From NCBI GenBank assembly GCA_963845245.1, contig CAWJRJ010000021.1, positions 96,001 to 160,000 of the forward strand: a stretch of DNA of 64,000 bases. Reading direction: 5' to 3'. Positions 41,314 to 51,113 of the stretch are shown here, in pieces (the first letter of the stretch is position 1; every line of letters starts with the position of its first letter). Below the pieces are notes generated by a model that was not told the origin of the DNA, ran no database searches, and saw only the letters and a list, made by a program, of their open reading frames with translations. This DNA comes from Nitrospirota bacterium. GTDB lineage: Bacteria > Nitrospirota > JACRHJ01. The position numbers and the translations under genes are program-made.

Positions 41314-42302
41314 TTAACGGATGTGTCCCTCACCCCTAATCTTCTGCCCCATCAGAAACACCACCGGCAGGAATATAAACACCCCGACCCAGCCGATCGT
41401 ATACTCCCCGATATAAAACGTCATCGTCAGGTTGAAAATCAGGACAATCATGTAAAGCGCCGGACCCATCAGGTCCACCGACGGCATATACCTTTTCCAC
41501 TCCCCCTACGTAGGGGCCGTGCTCACCTTAGGCGAGAGGAGCTGCCGCAGTTACCCTCGCTGCGTAGCGCCTGGAGCGGTGTGTCTCAACCCTCTACTGC
41601 AGAGGGGCAGGGTGGGAGTCACTCTATCTATCACCCCCCACACCACCAGCGTCACAAACCCGACGATAAACCAGCCGATGAAGTTCGATATCGTCACCCC
41701 GAAATACGCGCCGCCGTCCGGATAATAATAAATCTTGCCGAGGAACCACCTGTCGCCCCTGAAGCTGAGCGGGTCTATCACCACGTCTATCAGCATGAAC
41801 AGCAGCGCCCCAAGGAATATCGTCCCAAACGAAAATCTATTCCCTCCTGTCACCACTGTTAGGGCCGTACCCACGTGTCGGGCTAGGCGTGTTCCTTAAT
41901 ACCCTCTCCACCGGGTGAGGGGGACTTGGGCAGGGTGGGGGTGCTTTCTATTAACCTGAACCCCAGCCCCTTCCCCTCCGCCGGACACATGAACACCCTC
42001 GCGGTGGCCCAGCTCGAATACGCCAGGAACGTGAACGAGAGCGAGTCCATGAACGGCACGCCGCATATCCACAGCTCGCAATTTACGGTGGAGGGGATGT
42101 AGTGGTACAGACCGAACGGGATGCCGTTCCGGATGGACGAGAACTCCGCGACGTACGCGATGGCCCACGCCGACAGGGTAAAAAGCAACGCCTTCCTCGC
42201 ACCCACCTTGAGCGTCGCCGCAACCAGGTATATCCCCAGAAATGCGAACACGTATGGCCGGAATACGACGGTGGCGAATAGCAGCCGGATGTTCTCTGTC
42301 AT
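41314..42302 (-). pseudogene. CruF/DUF422-like (carotenoid biosynthesis protein family) membrane gene interrupted by palindromic insertions and stops
   Basis: AEFSSIRNGIPFGLYHY, WICGVPFMDSLSF, DVVIDPL, YFGVTISNFIGW, with extra repeat-derived segments at ~41856-41945 and ~41500-41620. It may be intact if the stops are sequencing errors. Confidence 0.65.
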
Positions 42303-43289
42303 AGGCGCTACATCCCATGCCTTGAACCATTTGACGGCACGAGCAAGCGCACCCTCAACCGGACTCTGCGGCAGGCCAAGCTCACGGACGGCCTTTGACG
42401 GGTCGAAGAACATTATCTTCTTCGCCATCCGCACCGCGTCGATCGGCGCAAGCGGCGGCTTGTGCGTTATGTGGTCTGCCACCAGCGTGCTCACCACCGC
42501 TATCGGGTAGACGAACGAGTAGGGGAGCCGCACCTTCGGCGCGGGCCTGCCGGTGAGCGTGCTCAACACCTCGAATATCTCCTTCAGCATCATGTTGCGG
42601 TTGCCCAGGATGTACTTCTCCCCGACGCGTCCCTTCTCCATCGCGAGTATATGCCCCTCGGCGCAGTCTTCCACGTCTATGAGGTTAAGGCCCGTGTCGA
42701 GGTACGCCACCATCTTGCCGCGCAGGAAGTCGAGGACTATCTGGCCGGTTGGCGTGGGCTTCACGTCGTTCGCGCCGATGGGCGTACTCGGGTTCACAAC
42801 GACTACCGGCAGACCCTTCGCCGCGAACTCGAGCGCCACCTGCTCCGCGAGGAACTTCGACTTCTTGTAGTCGCCCACCATGTCGGCAAAGGTTACGGGC
42901 GTGGTCTCCGTGCCGGGCGTGCCGTCGCCGGGGTTCCCCAGCGCGCCCACCGTGCTGGTGTATACGACCCGCTCCACCCCCGCCTCGATCGCGGCGGACA
43001 TGATGTTGCGTGTGCCTTCCACGTTCACGGCGTACATGAGGTCACTGTCCCGCACCCACAAGGAATACTCCGCCGCCGCGTGGTAGACCCGCTTGCAGCC
43101 GTTCATCGCCCGCAGCAGCGAGTCCCTGTCCGTCAGGTCGCCGTAGGCCACCGTGGCCTTCATCCCCTGTATGTTGCGGGAGTCGCTTCCCTTGCGGGCC
43201 AGCACCACCACCTCGTCGCCCCGCGCTATCAGTTTCCTCGCAAGGGCCGAGCCCAGGAACCCCGTCGCGCCTGTTACAAATGTTTTCAT
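42303..43289 (-). CDS. hpnA: Hopanoid-associated NAD-dependent epimerase/dehydratase (HpnA-like)
   Basis: VTGATGFLG, YHAAAEYSLW, VVYTSTVG, YKKSK, VNPSTPIG.NDVKPTPTG and DTGLNLIDVED motifs; hpn context. It reads in-frame into the next gene, so the 3' end is approximate. Confidence 0.85.
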
Positions 43290-43387
43290 GCGGCTAGATT
43301 ATAAAATAAAGGGGCTTATGTCAACCAAATACCCGGAAAACCAGCCATAATTCCCCTTCCCCTCGACCTCAGTGGTACACACCTTTT

Positions 43388-43423
43388 CCCCTCCCCACCT
43401 GCGGGGGAGGGCAGGGTGGGGGG
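43388..43423 (+). repeat. GC-rich REP-like repeat (family copy)
   Basis: CCCCTCCCCACCTGCGGGGGAGGGCAGGGTGGGGGG. Confidence 0.75.
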
Positions 43424-43441
43424 AACCCGGGCATCTATCCC

Positions 43442-43470
43442 TTGACAGCGTTTTGGGTTTCCTATATTAT
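43442..43470 (+). promoter_or_regulatory. sigma70-type promoter of the EamA gene
   Basis: TTGACA-17 nt-TATTAT. Confidence 0.65.
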
Positions 43471-43499
43471 CGGATATCAATTTAAGGGAGGTAGTTCAG

Positions 43500-43879
43500 G
43501 TGTTAAAGACTATAATCGTACTGTTTACAGGCGTATGCATGGAGTCGCTCGGGAACGTGCTGCTTCGGAAGGGCATGAAGGAGGTCGGCGAGGTCACCAG
43601 CTTCTCCATCCCGGCCCTATTCGGCGTATTCATAAAGGTATAACCAACCTGACCGTCATATCCGGCGTCGCGCTGGACGCGATGTTCTTCGCGTGCTTCC
43701 TGATCGCGCTCTCATGGACGGAGGTCAGCGTCGTACTACCGCTGACCGCCATCGGCTATGTCACGACCGCCATCTTCGCGAAGATCATCATCCACGAGGA
43801 GATATCCGCCCTACGCTGGGCCGGCACTGCCGCCATCGTGATCGGCGCCATCATGGTCGGCAAGAGCGGCGGAAGCTGA
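43500..43879 (+). CDS. EamA/DMT-family small transporter (frameshifted)
   Basis: GTG start after GGAGG; ESLGNVLLRKGMKEVG, then ALSWTEVSVVLPLTAIGYV...HEEISALRWAG. Confidence 0.8.
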
Positions 43880-44489
43880 TCAGTAAAAGTTGATACCCAC
43901 AAGCAGGAACCCCTCGTTCATCCCCGGGTTCGGCTCCTCTATCCCGGCGTTTGAGATGTGCGTGTACCGGGCCTGCACGTCCAGGGCCATATCCGGCCTG
44001 AAGAAGTACTCGGCGCCCACGGCCGCATTCTGGGTGAAGCTGAACCTCGTACCCTGGATGTGATTGGGAACATCTATATAGGCCATACCCAGCATACCCT
44101 GCCCATACGGCACAATCTTTCCGGCGGAGGTGAAGTTGTACCGCAGGCCCACCGGAGTGAGGCCCACGAACGCCATGGTCGTCGAAGTTGGTTATCACCC
44201 CGCCCTTGAGTTCAACGTTGTACTCCAGCACGCCCCTGTACCATGAGCTCCCGATGGGCCTCATCAACGGAAACGAAACATGGGCCGCGCCCTGCGCGAT
44301 GTCGATGTTATCGTCGCTGCCCCACATCCGGACGCCGTAGCCCGCATCGACACCGTACGAGAAGCTGGTATTGGCTATCTTGTCTTCGATTGAATTACTT
44401 GTGGGTTGAGTTGCGGCTGGCTCATCCGCGAAGGCTGCCTGGGATGTGAACAGCAGGGTAACGAGTGCGAAGCAGAGTAGTGGTTTCAC
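43880..44489 (-). CDS. Acyloxyacyl hydrolase / PagL-like lipid A deacylase beta-barrel (frameshifted)
   Basis: Signal peptide; GLRYNF, GTRFSFT and RYTHISNAGIEEPNPGMN (catalytic HxSNA); terminal aromatic residue. Confidence 0.8.
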
Positions 44490-44539
44490 GGCTGGCCTCC
44501 TGAGGTGGTTGAAAAGTATAATCGCCTGTTACCTTGTAC

Positions 44540-45680
44540 TTACCTGGTCATCCGTCCTTCCCGGTCTATCCTGAAACTCGTGCCCTTCCATTTAACGGTG
44601 CTGCCCGTAAAGCTCATTGCCCATATAACGAAACTCAGAATGTCCTTCACACGGCAGGAGCCAAAGGTACCTGAAAACCCCCGGTCCCTTCACGAACGCG
44701 GCCTCGATGTAAGCCGCCTGAATGTATCTTATCGCGATGCCCAACCCGCAGACCGCCCAGCCGAGCCTGTCGAACTCGGACGCCAGCAGGAACATCACCG
44801 AGAACGCTGTCCCCTTCGTCAGGACGGACAGGAAGTACCCCTTCGACCTGCATGCCCTGTATGTGCGGCCCCATCGCAACTGGTGCGAGAAGTAGCCCCG
44901 TAAGCTCTCACTGCCCTGGATGCTGTCCACCACATACTGCGAGAGCAGCAGCTTGTAACCGGCCTTCTGTATCTTGTTTCCAAACTGGTAGTCGTCAGCA
45001 AGGTAGTCGGCAAGCGCTTTAAAGCCGCCTATCGCGTCCAGAGCCTCGCGTCTTGCCGCCATCGTGGCCCCCAGTGCGAAGCTCAGTCCTTCAAGCCTCT
45101 GTGCAACCGCTACAGACGGCAGGAAGTCCGTGTCGATCGTAAGGGCCTCAAACGCGCTTCCTGCATCCATCGGATACGCGCCCCGGTATGGGCATGTCAC
45201 CATCCCGACTGTGGGGTCTGAGAATCCGTCCGCCACCGCTCTCAGGTAGCCGGGCCCCACGCGCATGTCTCCGTCGGCAATTACTATTATATCATACTTG
45301 GACATTTCGTGCATGTTGGCCAGGTTGCTGACCTTCTGGTTCACGCCTATCTCGTGGCCGTTTATCACAAGGTCGGTCTCGACCTCCGGAAATTCAGACA
45401 TCAGCCGCCGCACAGTCTCAATTACCGGGTCGTTTTCGTCTGCGACTCCGAATATCACCTGGAAGCGCGGGTAGTCCTGTACGAGGAAGCTCTTTAAGTT
45501 GTCGTATGTGTTCTCGTCCTTGCCTTTGAGTGGCTTGAGGACTGTCAGCGGAGGGGTGTGATTACTGGGCTTGGTCTTTCTTCTGTAGAACGAGGCGAGG
45601 CAGTAAGTGGAGATCGCGTAGAAGGCAAGTGAAGCGAGCCAGAGCAGAAAAAGGAAAACCTTTAGTATGGTAAGGGTCAT
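44540..45680 (-). CDS. hpnI: Hopanoid biosynthesis glycosyltransferase HpnI (frameshift near C-terminus)
   Basis: TVLKPLKG, QDYP, GVNQKVSNL, IADGDMRV, FALGATM, LADDY and HQLRWGRT motifs. Confidence 0.88.
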
Positions 45681-45688
45681 GGGAGGCT

Positions 45689-46444
45689 TTATCTGAGGCT
45701 GTTTTGGAGCTTCCGGGCCTCTTCCTTTGTGCTGAGGTCGTCTTTGGTTTTGGCGGGCGATGCGGTAATGTATTCAAGTTCCGCTGCCGCCTCGCCACGC
45801 ATCCCGTTCGCCTTGTATGCCTGGGCGAGGTAGAGCCGGTTGACTAAAAGGTTAGGTGCGATCTTCTTGGCCTTCAGAAGTAGCTCCAGGCCTTTTTTCT
45901 TGTCGCCTATGAAGGCCCAGCCCGGCGCCTCGATGAGCACCTTTCCCCAGCTTCGGTATGCCCCGGCGGAATCATATGCTGGGTCTTTCCTGCTCACCGC
46001 TTCGAGGCCCTTCAGCGCATCCTTAACGAACCCGAGTGCGGCAAAGCCGCCGGTCAGGTCCGCCTTCTGGAGCAGAGACATCGCCCGCCAGTATGTGGCG
46101 ATATAATCGCCCGGAGCGGTCTTCAGCGCGCGGTCCGCATAGTTCACCGAACGGTCGAACAGCGCGGCCCTTTTTTTCTTGTCCTTCGCCGCTTCGCCCA
46201 ACAGGTAGTAAGCGCGGGCAAGCTGTACAAGTGCGTCGGCGGGCGGGTTTTGCTGGCCGCCCACGTATGCCTCAAGTTTTATCGCCTGCTCGGCGACCTG
46301 GGACGCGCTTTCCGTGCGGTCCATAGCGGATGTGGCGTCCTTGACCGAAAACGCGGCAAGCGCATTCCCGTGCCCAAACGCAAACAGGGCAGAAAGGAAG
46401 AACGCCGTAGCCGCCGTTCTCAGGTTGAACGATCCTACTTGCAC
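45689..46444 (-). CDS. Exported TPR-like helical protein
   Basis: Signal-like N-terminus; LARAYYLLGE, DPAYDSAGAYRSWG and NRLYLAQAY; start uncertain. Confidence 0.7.
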   Translation of the reverse strand: MQVGSFNLRTAATAFFLSALFAFGHGNALAAFSVKDATSAMDRTESASQVAEQAIKLEAYVGGQQNPPADALVQLARAYYLLGEAAKDKKKRAALFDRSVNYADRALKTAPGDYIATYWRAMSLLQKADLTGGFAALGFVKDALKGLEAVSRKDPAYDSAGAYRSWGKVLIEAPGWAFIGDKKKGLELLLKAKKIAPNLLVNRLYLAQAYKANGMRGEAAAELEYITASPAKTKDDLSTKEEARKLQNSLR

Positions 46445-46659
46445 AGCCGGGGCTTCGCGCCGAGTTTTGACAGAACTATCGCCATCATGCAGAAACCGGT
46501 AAGCGAGAATATGATAAGGTTGACGCCCACGAATGCTGTGAGTATCAGCCAGTAAGGGCTGACGAATGCGGCGAGGATCGCACTTAGAAGCGTCATAGAC
46601 CCGCCCATCAGATAGGTTATCCTCTCCAGATACCATTTGTCCGTCTTCAACATGTACAT
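46435..46659 (-). CDS. DUF2892 (YgaP-like) small membrane protein
   Basis: WYLERITYLMGG...SPYWLILTAFVGVNL...LTGFCMMAIVL; GGAGG RBS. Confidence 0.8.
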   Translation of the reverse strand: MYMLKTDKWYLERITYLMGGSMTLLSAILAAFVSPYWLILTAFVGVNLIIFSLTGFCMMAIVLSKLGAKPRLCK

Positions 46660-46690
46660 CTTGTACCTCCTATTTGCCATTGAACTCTTT

Positions 46691-46728
46691 CCCTCCCCAC
46701 CTGCCGGGGAGGGCAGGGTGGGGGGGGG
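46691..46728 (+). repeat. GC-rich REP-like repeat (family copy)
   Basis: CCCTCCCCACCTGCCGGGGAGGGCAGGGTGGGGG. Confidence 0.75.
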
Positions 46729-48158
46729 TCAGCCCTGAGCCTTCAGGGCTTCCTTCCTCTTTGCCATGAACGCGAAGTATTCCTTCGCCTCACGGATGAT
46801 GCGCTTTCGCTCCGCTGAGTCCAGAAGCGCCTTTTTAAAAACCTTTGCAATATATTTCGGCCTGTAATAGAAGCTCTTGTAGAACTTGTCGTACGCCATG
46901 AATATGTCTTTGCTTGATAAGTGCGGGTAGTTCACGATGCAAAGCTGGTGGCCGGATGTCATGACGAGGTCCGCGGGGTTGATGTACCCCTCCCGTACGC
47001 ACAGCTCATAGAAATGCGTGCCGGGATATGGCGACGCGAGCGAGACCTGTATCGTCTCCGGGTCCATCTCGCATGCGAACTTTATCGACTTTTCGATCGT
47101 CTCCTTCGTCTCTCCGGGGAGGCCCAGGATAAACCCGCCGTGCACTATAATGTCCAGTTTCCGGGCGTTTTTCATGAACTCCCTGCTCTGCTCCAGGGTT
47201 ATGCCCTTCCTTACATTATTCAGAACCTTCTGGTCGCCGGACTCGAAACCTACCATTATGGCCCGCAGGCCCGACTCCTTCATCGCCTTAAGCGTCTCAT
47301 ACTTCGCAGTCACCTTGCCGTTGCAGGCCCAGCTTATTCCCAGGGGCTTCAGCTTGTTGCTTATCTCGATGGCCCTTGGCTGGTCGTCCACGAAGTTGTC
47401 GTCGTCGAACATTATCTCCTTAACCTCGGGGAAGTTCTTGACGATATACTTGACCTCTTCCACCACATTGTCCGCGCTTCTTGTGCGGTACTTGTTCCCG
47501 GCATAGGTCTGGGGCCACAGGCAGAAGGTGCATTTGCTCGAACATCCCCGCCCGGTATATATGGACATGTATGGGTATTTGAGCCAGGGTATCTCGTAGT
47601 CTTTAAAGTTCAAGTCGCGCTTGTAAACTTCGGCCGCGAAAGGCAGGCTGTCGAGGTCGTGCAGGATCGGCCTGTCCGGTGTGTGGACAACCTTGTCGCC
47701 GTCCCTGTAGCTGATCCCGGCGATGTCCTTGAATGGCTTGCCGCCCGCCGCCTCGACGATGGCATAGTCGAACTCGCCCCTTACCACGAAGTCGATGGCT
47801 TTTGATACCGCAAGCGTCTCATCGGGCAGGATGCTCGGGTGCGGCCCGACGAAACATACGAGCGCCTTGGGGTTCTGTGCCTTCAACCGCTCGGCGAACG
47901 CGGAATCGCTTTTGAGCGATGGCGTGCTGGTATAGAGCACGAACAGCTCATAGCCGCGCGCAAGCTCAAGCGTCTTCTCGGCATCGAACCCGGCTGCAAC
48001 CGCGTCCACCACCTTTGAGTCGTGGAGCATCCCGGCCGGGTAGGTCAGCCAGACCGGGAACCATAGAGATCGCACCTCGCGGGTCGCCTGGTATCTTGCG
48101 CCCGCGCCTCCGTCGAAGTCGCTGAAGGACGGCGGGTTCAGGAACAATTGTACTTCAT
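46729..48158 (-). CDS. hpnJ: Hopanoid biosynthesis B12-binding radical SAM protein HpnJ (probable frameshift at start)
   Basis: LNPPSFSDFDGGAGARYQATREVRSLW, YTSTPS, TGRGCSSKCTFCLWPQT and TIQVSLASPYPGT motifs. Confidence 0.9.
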
Positions 48159-49048
48159 TTCCTCCTTAGTGCCATCGCCGTGAATGTAGCCCTACTTTTT
48201 AAGATAGTATCTCCGATTTCCTCGATCTTTCGTATGACGCCGTCTATCAGCACGTCCGGGGTGGACGCGCCGGCGGTGACGCCCACGGTCTCCACCCCTT
48301 TAAACCATTCCGGGTCAAGCTCGGCGGCGTTGTCCACCAGATACGCCTTCGGCGCGACGGTGGATGCGACCTCCTGAAGCCTTTTCGAGTTCGCGCTGTT
48401 GTGCGAGCCCACGGTAATCAGAAGGTCCACACGCCTGCCCAGCTCAAGCACCGAGGACTGCCTTTTTTCGGTGGCGTCGCATATGGTGTTGTATACCTCG
48501 ACCTGCGGGTATTTCCTTTTTATCTTTGTAACGATGTTCTCAAAGAATTTGATGTTCTGCGTTGTCTGGGAAACCAGGGCGACCGGCCCCGACCCATCGG
48601 GCAGACCATCTATCTCTTCCTCGTACCGGAAGACGACGGTGCTCTCAGGCGCGACGCCCTTGAGGCCCTTTACCTCCGCATGGTCCTTGTCGCCCAAGAG
48701 GAGTATTGTGTAGCCTCCCTGGGCGAGCCTTTTGACTATCCTGTCGATCTTTGACACCAGCGGGCAGGTGGTGTCAACGACGGTGAGGCCCTTAGCCTTT
48801 GCCTTCTCGATAACGTCCGGGGAAGCCCCGTGCGCGCTTATTATAAGCGTGCCCTCTTCGACCTCGTCCACGCGGTCGACGGACTTCACGCCCTTGTCCT
48901 CGAGGTCCTTGACCACGCTCTTGTTGTGCACTATCTCATGCAGGACGAATACCGGGGTCCGGGCCTCGGCCGCCGTCTTGTGCGCCAGGTCGATCGCCCG
49001 TTGCACTCCCATGCAGAAGCCCGCGTACTCGGCTAAATATACTTTCAT
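48155..49048 (-). CDS. ispH: 4-hydroxy-3-methylbut-2-enyl diphosphate reductase
   Basis: AGFCMGVQRA, EIVHN, SAHG, DTTCPLV, HAEV, SQTT, TICDAT..RQ, SANS and TAGASTP motifs. Confidence 0.96.
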   Translation of the reverse strand: MKVYLAEYAGFCMGVQRAIDLAHKTAAEARTPVFVLHEIVHNKSVVKDLEDKGVKSVDRVDEVEEGTLIISAHGASPDVIEKAKAKGLTVVDTTCPLVSKIDRIVKRLAQGGYTILLLGDKDHAEVKGLKGVAPESTVVFRYEEEIDGLPDGSGPVALVSQTTQNIKFFENIVTKIKRKYPQVEVYNTICDATEKRQSSVLELGRRVDLLITVGSHNSANSKRLQEVASTVAPKAYLVDNAAELDPEWFKGVETVGVTAGASTPDVLIDGVIRKIEEIGDTILKSRATFTAMALRRK

Positions 49049-49063
49049 GTTAACTTCCTATAA

Positions 49064-49110
49064 CCCTCTCCACCTGCGGGGGAGGGTGGCGCAAAACGCC
49101 GGGTGGGGGG
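49064..49110 (+). repeat. GC-rich REP-like repeat (family copy)
   Basis: CCCTCTCCACCTGCGGGGGAGGGTGGCGCAAAACGCCGGGTGGGGGG. Confidence 0.75.
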
Positions 49111-49114
49111 TATT

Positions 49115-50308
49115 TTAAAACGGGAAATCTATCCCGACAAAAGCGTTCAGGCCTTCCCTGCCGTATCCCAGGTCCACCCGTCCCACGATGTTCGGCTGTA
49201 CGATAGCCCTGAACCCGACGCCGGGGTTGAACTGGTAATCCTCTATGAAGTCCTTCCGAAACGAGCTGTAAACCCTTCCCGCGTCCACGAAGGGTGCCGC
49301 TTCCCACTCGCTCCATACCCCGAATATATGGATCCTGAACAGCTTTATGCGTTCCTCGACGTTGAGGAGTATGTATCCGTCGTCCCTGTAGCGATAGTTG
49401 CCCAGGCCACGGAGGGTGTTCTCGCCGCCGAGGGTGCTCTCCTCGTAGAACGGCACCTTGTGCCCGGCCACAAGCTGGAACTCCCCTTTCAGCACCGTGA
49501 TGAACCGCTTGTCGGATAATGATATGAATGTCCTCGCGTCGAGCCCGGTCCTCGTAAAGGTCCTGCCATGCGAGAAACTCTGGCCTATCTCCTCGAAGAC
49601 ATTTGCGAACACACCCTTGGTCGGGAAGACCTCGTCGTCTCTGGTGTCGTAGGTCAGCTTAACGCGGCGTTCGATCACCGCGCCTCCGTTGATGCCCTCA
49701 AGGCTGGGGTACTCGCTCTGAATGAAGGGCAGGGAGGTCGCCGAGCCCCGCCTGATAGTAACCCACCGGAGCTTCTCACCGTAGGAGAGGATCAAGTTAT
49801 GCGGGAGGTAGTATCCCAGCGAGAACTGCGGTGACAGCTCCAGGTTGGAGTAGTTGGTCTCGTCTATCTCCCGGCTGTGCTGGGTCAGTCCGAAGAAACG
49901 GTACGTCGTGTCCCTGAAGAATGTAAGCCTGCCGTATAGCCTGAACTTGCCGTCCGCAAACTTGTTGTCCCAGTATTCGCCCGTATATTCCTGGTCCGTC
50001 CCCATCGAGCGGTTCACGAATATCCTGTAATTTTTGTCGACCGTAGGGAATCCGAGGTAGCGGAAGGTCAGGTTCGTACCGGTATTGTCGTTGACGACGA
50101 CCGAGGGGGCTATTATGGCGTATACGTACTCGTTCTGCTCCTTCAGGAGCAAGACCGGCATGAAACCGTAGTCGTTTCCGCCGTTTCGGGACGTCGCATA
50201 CACCGGAAGAGGTATAAGGGAGTAATCCGCCCGTGCTACTACCGGACAGGCTATGATAATAAAAATGGCCAGGCAAAGCAGCCTGACGCGATATGACGGC
50301 TTAGACAA
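49115..50308 (-). CDS. BamA/TamA (Omp85)-like beta-barrel without POTRA domains
   Basis: Signal peptide; YDTRDD..FPTKG, LGGENTLRG, FVDAGRV, GVGFR and terminal IDFPF. Confidence 0.8.
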   Translation of the reverse strand: MSKPSYRVRLLCLAIFIIIACPVVARADYSLIPLPVYATSRNGGNDYGFMPVLLLKEQNEYVYAIIAPSVVVNDNTGTNLTFRYLGFPTVDKNYRIFVNRSMGTDQEYTGEYWDNKFADGKFRLYGRLTFFRDTTYRFFGLTQHSREIDETNYSNLELSPQFSLGYYLPHNLILSYGEKLRWVTIRRGSATSLPFIQSEYPSLEGINGGAVIERRVKLTYDTRDDEVFPTKGVFANVFEEIGQSFSHGRTFTRTGLDARTFISLSDKRFITVLKGEFQLVAGHKVPFYEESTLGGENTLRGLGNYRYRDDGYILLNVEERIKLFRIHIFGVWSEWEAAPFVDAGRVYSSFRKDFIEDYQFNPGVGFRAIVQPNIVGRVDLGYGREGLNAFVGIDFPF

Positions 50309-50394
50309 AAGTTTTGGGCCTTTCCTTTGAAAATAAAAAAGATGAGGGTCGATTTTAGCACACCCTCATCCGGAAAGGCAACAAAACTTTGAGT

Positions 50395-50934
50395 TTATGC
50401 GGCCGCCCTGTCCAGCTCGGCAACCAGGTCCCACACCACCCTGAGCGCCGCCTCGAAGTTCGGAAGTTCGCCGTTTTCCCTCACATATTCCACATAACGC
50501 ACCGTGTCGTCCCGGTCTATGACGAACACCGCGCGGCTCAGCAGCCGGTTCTCCTTTATCAGCACGCCGTAATTCTGCCCGAAGGAGGCGTCCCTGTGGT
50601 CGGAATACAGCTTCATGGCCCGGATGTCCTCGTCCTCCATGAACCGTTTCTGTGCAAACGGCAGGTCCATGCTCACGGTGATCCAGGCCACCCGGTCGTC
50701 GTTCATCCTCTCCGCCTCGTCGTTGAAGCGTATGGTCATCTTGTTGCATACGTATGTATCGAGCGACGGGACGGATGCGATAAGCCTTATCCTGCGCTTC
50801 GTGTCGGCAATGCTCACCGGTTTCATCTGCATGTCGATGCAGTTGAAGTCCGGGGCTTTGTCGCCCACCTTTATCTCCGGCCCGATCAAGGTTATAGGGG
50901 TGCCCTTCATGGTTACAACGCCAGTCCTCTCCAT
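50395..50934 (-). CDS. tpx: Thiol peroxidase (Tpx family)
   Basis: VTMKGTP, GDKAPDF, SVPSLDT.VC, SMDLPFAQKRF, RAVFVID and YVEYV motifs. Confidence 0.9.
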   Translation of the reverse strand: MERTGVVTMKGTPITLIGPEIKVGDKAPDFNCIDMQMKPVSIADTKRRIRLIASVPSLDTYVCNKMTIRFNDEAERMNDDRVAWITVSMDLPFAQKRFMEDEDIRAMKLYSDHRDASFGQNYGVLIKENRLLSRAVFVIDRDDTVRYVEYVRENGELPNFEAALRVVWDLVAELDRAAA

Positions 50935-51051
50935 TTTTGCCCTCCTTAAGCCATACAGGTTGAATCTTGACAATTATGCATACCTAAAATCTAACAAGGA
51001 ATAGGCGATGAGTCAAGGCGGCTACATGGCAGGGATTCTACACTGTAGGGG

Positions 51052-51098
51052 CCCTCGCTCACTTGTGGGAGAGGGTGGCGCAAAGTGCCGGGTGAGGG
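51052..51098 (+). repeat. GC-rich REP-like repeat (family copy)
   Basis: CCCTCGCTCACTTGTGGGAGAGGGTGGCGCAAAGTGCCGGGTGAGGG. Confidence 0.72.
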
Positions 51099-51113
51099 CT
51101 TGGGAGAGGGTGG

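Noticed and set aside
43298..43324. TTGACA...TATAAT promoter giving a near-leaderless hpnA transcript
   Set aside because: Spacing reads 15 nt; with homopolymer errors likely, it cannot be judged.
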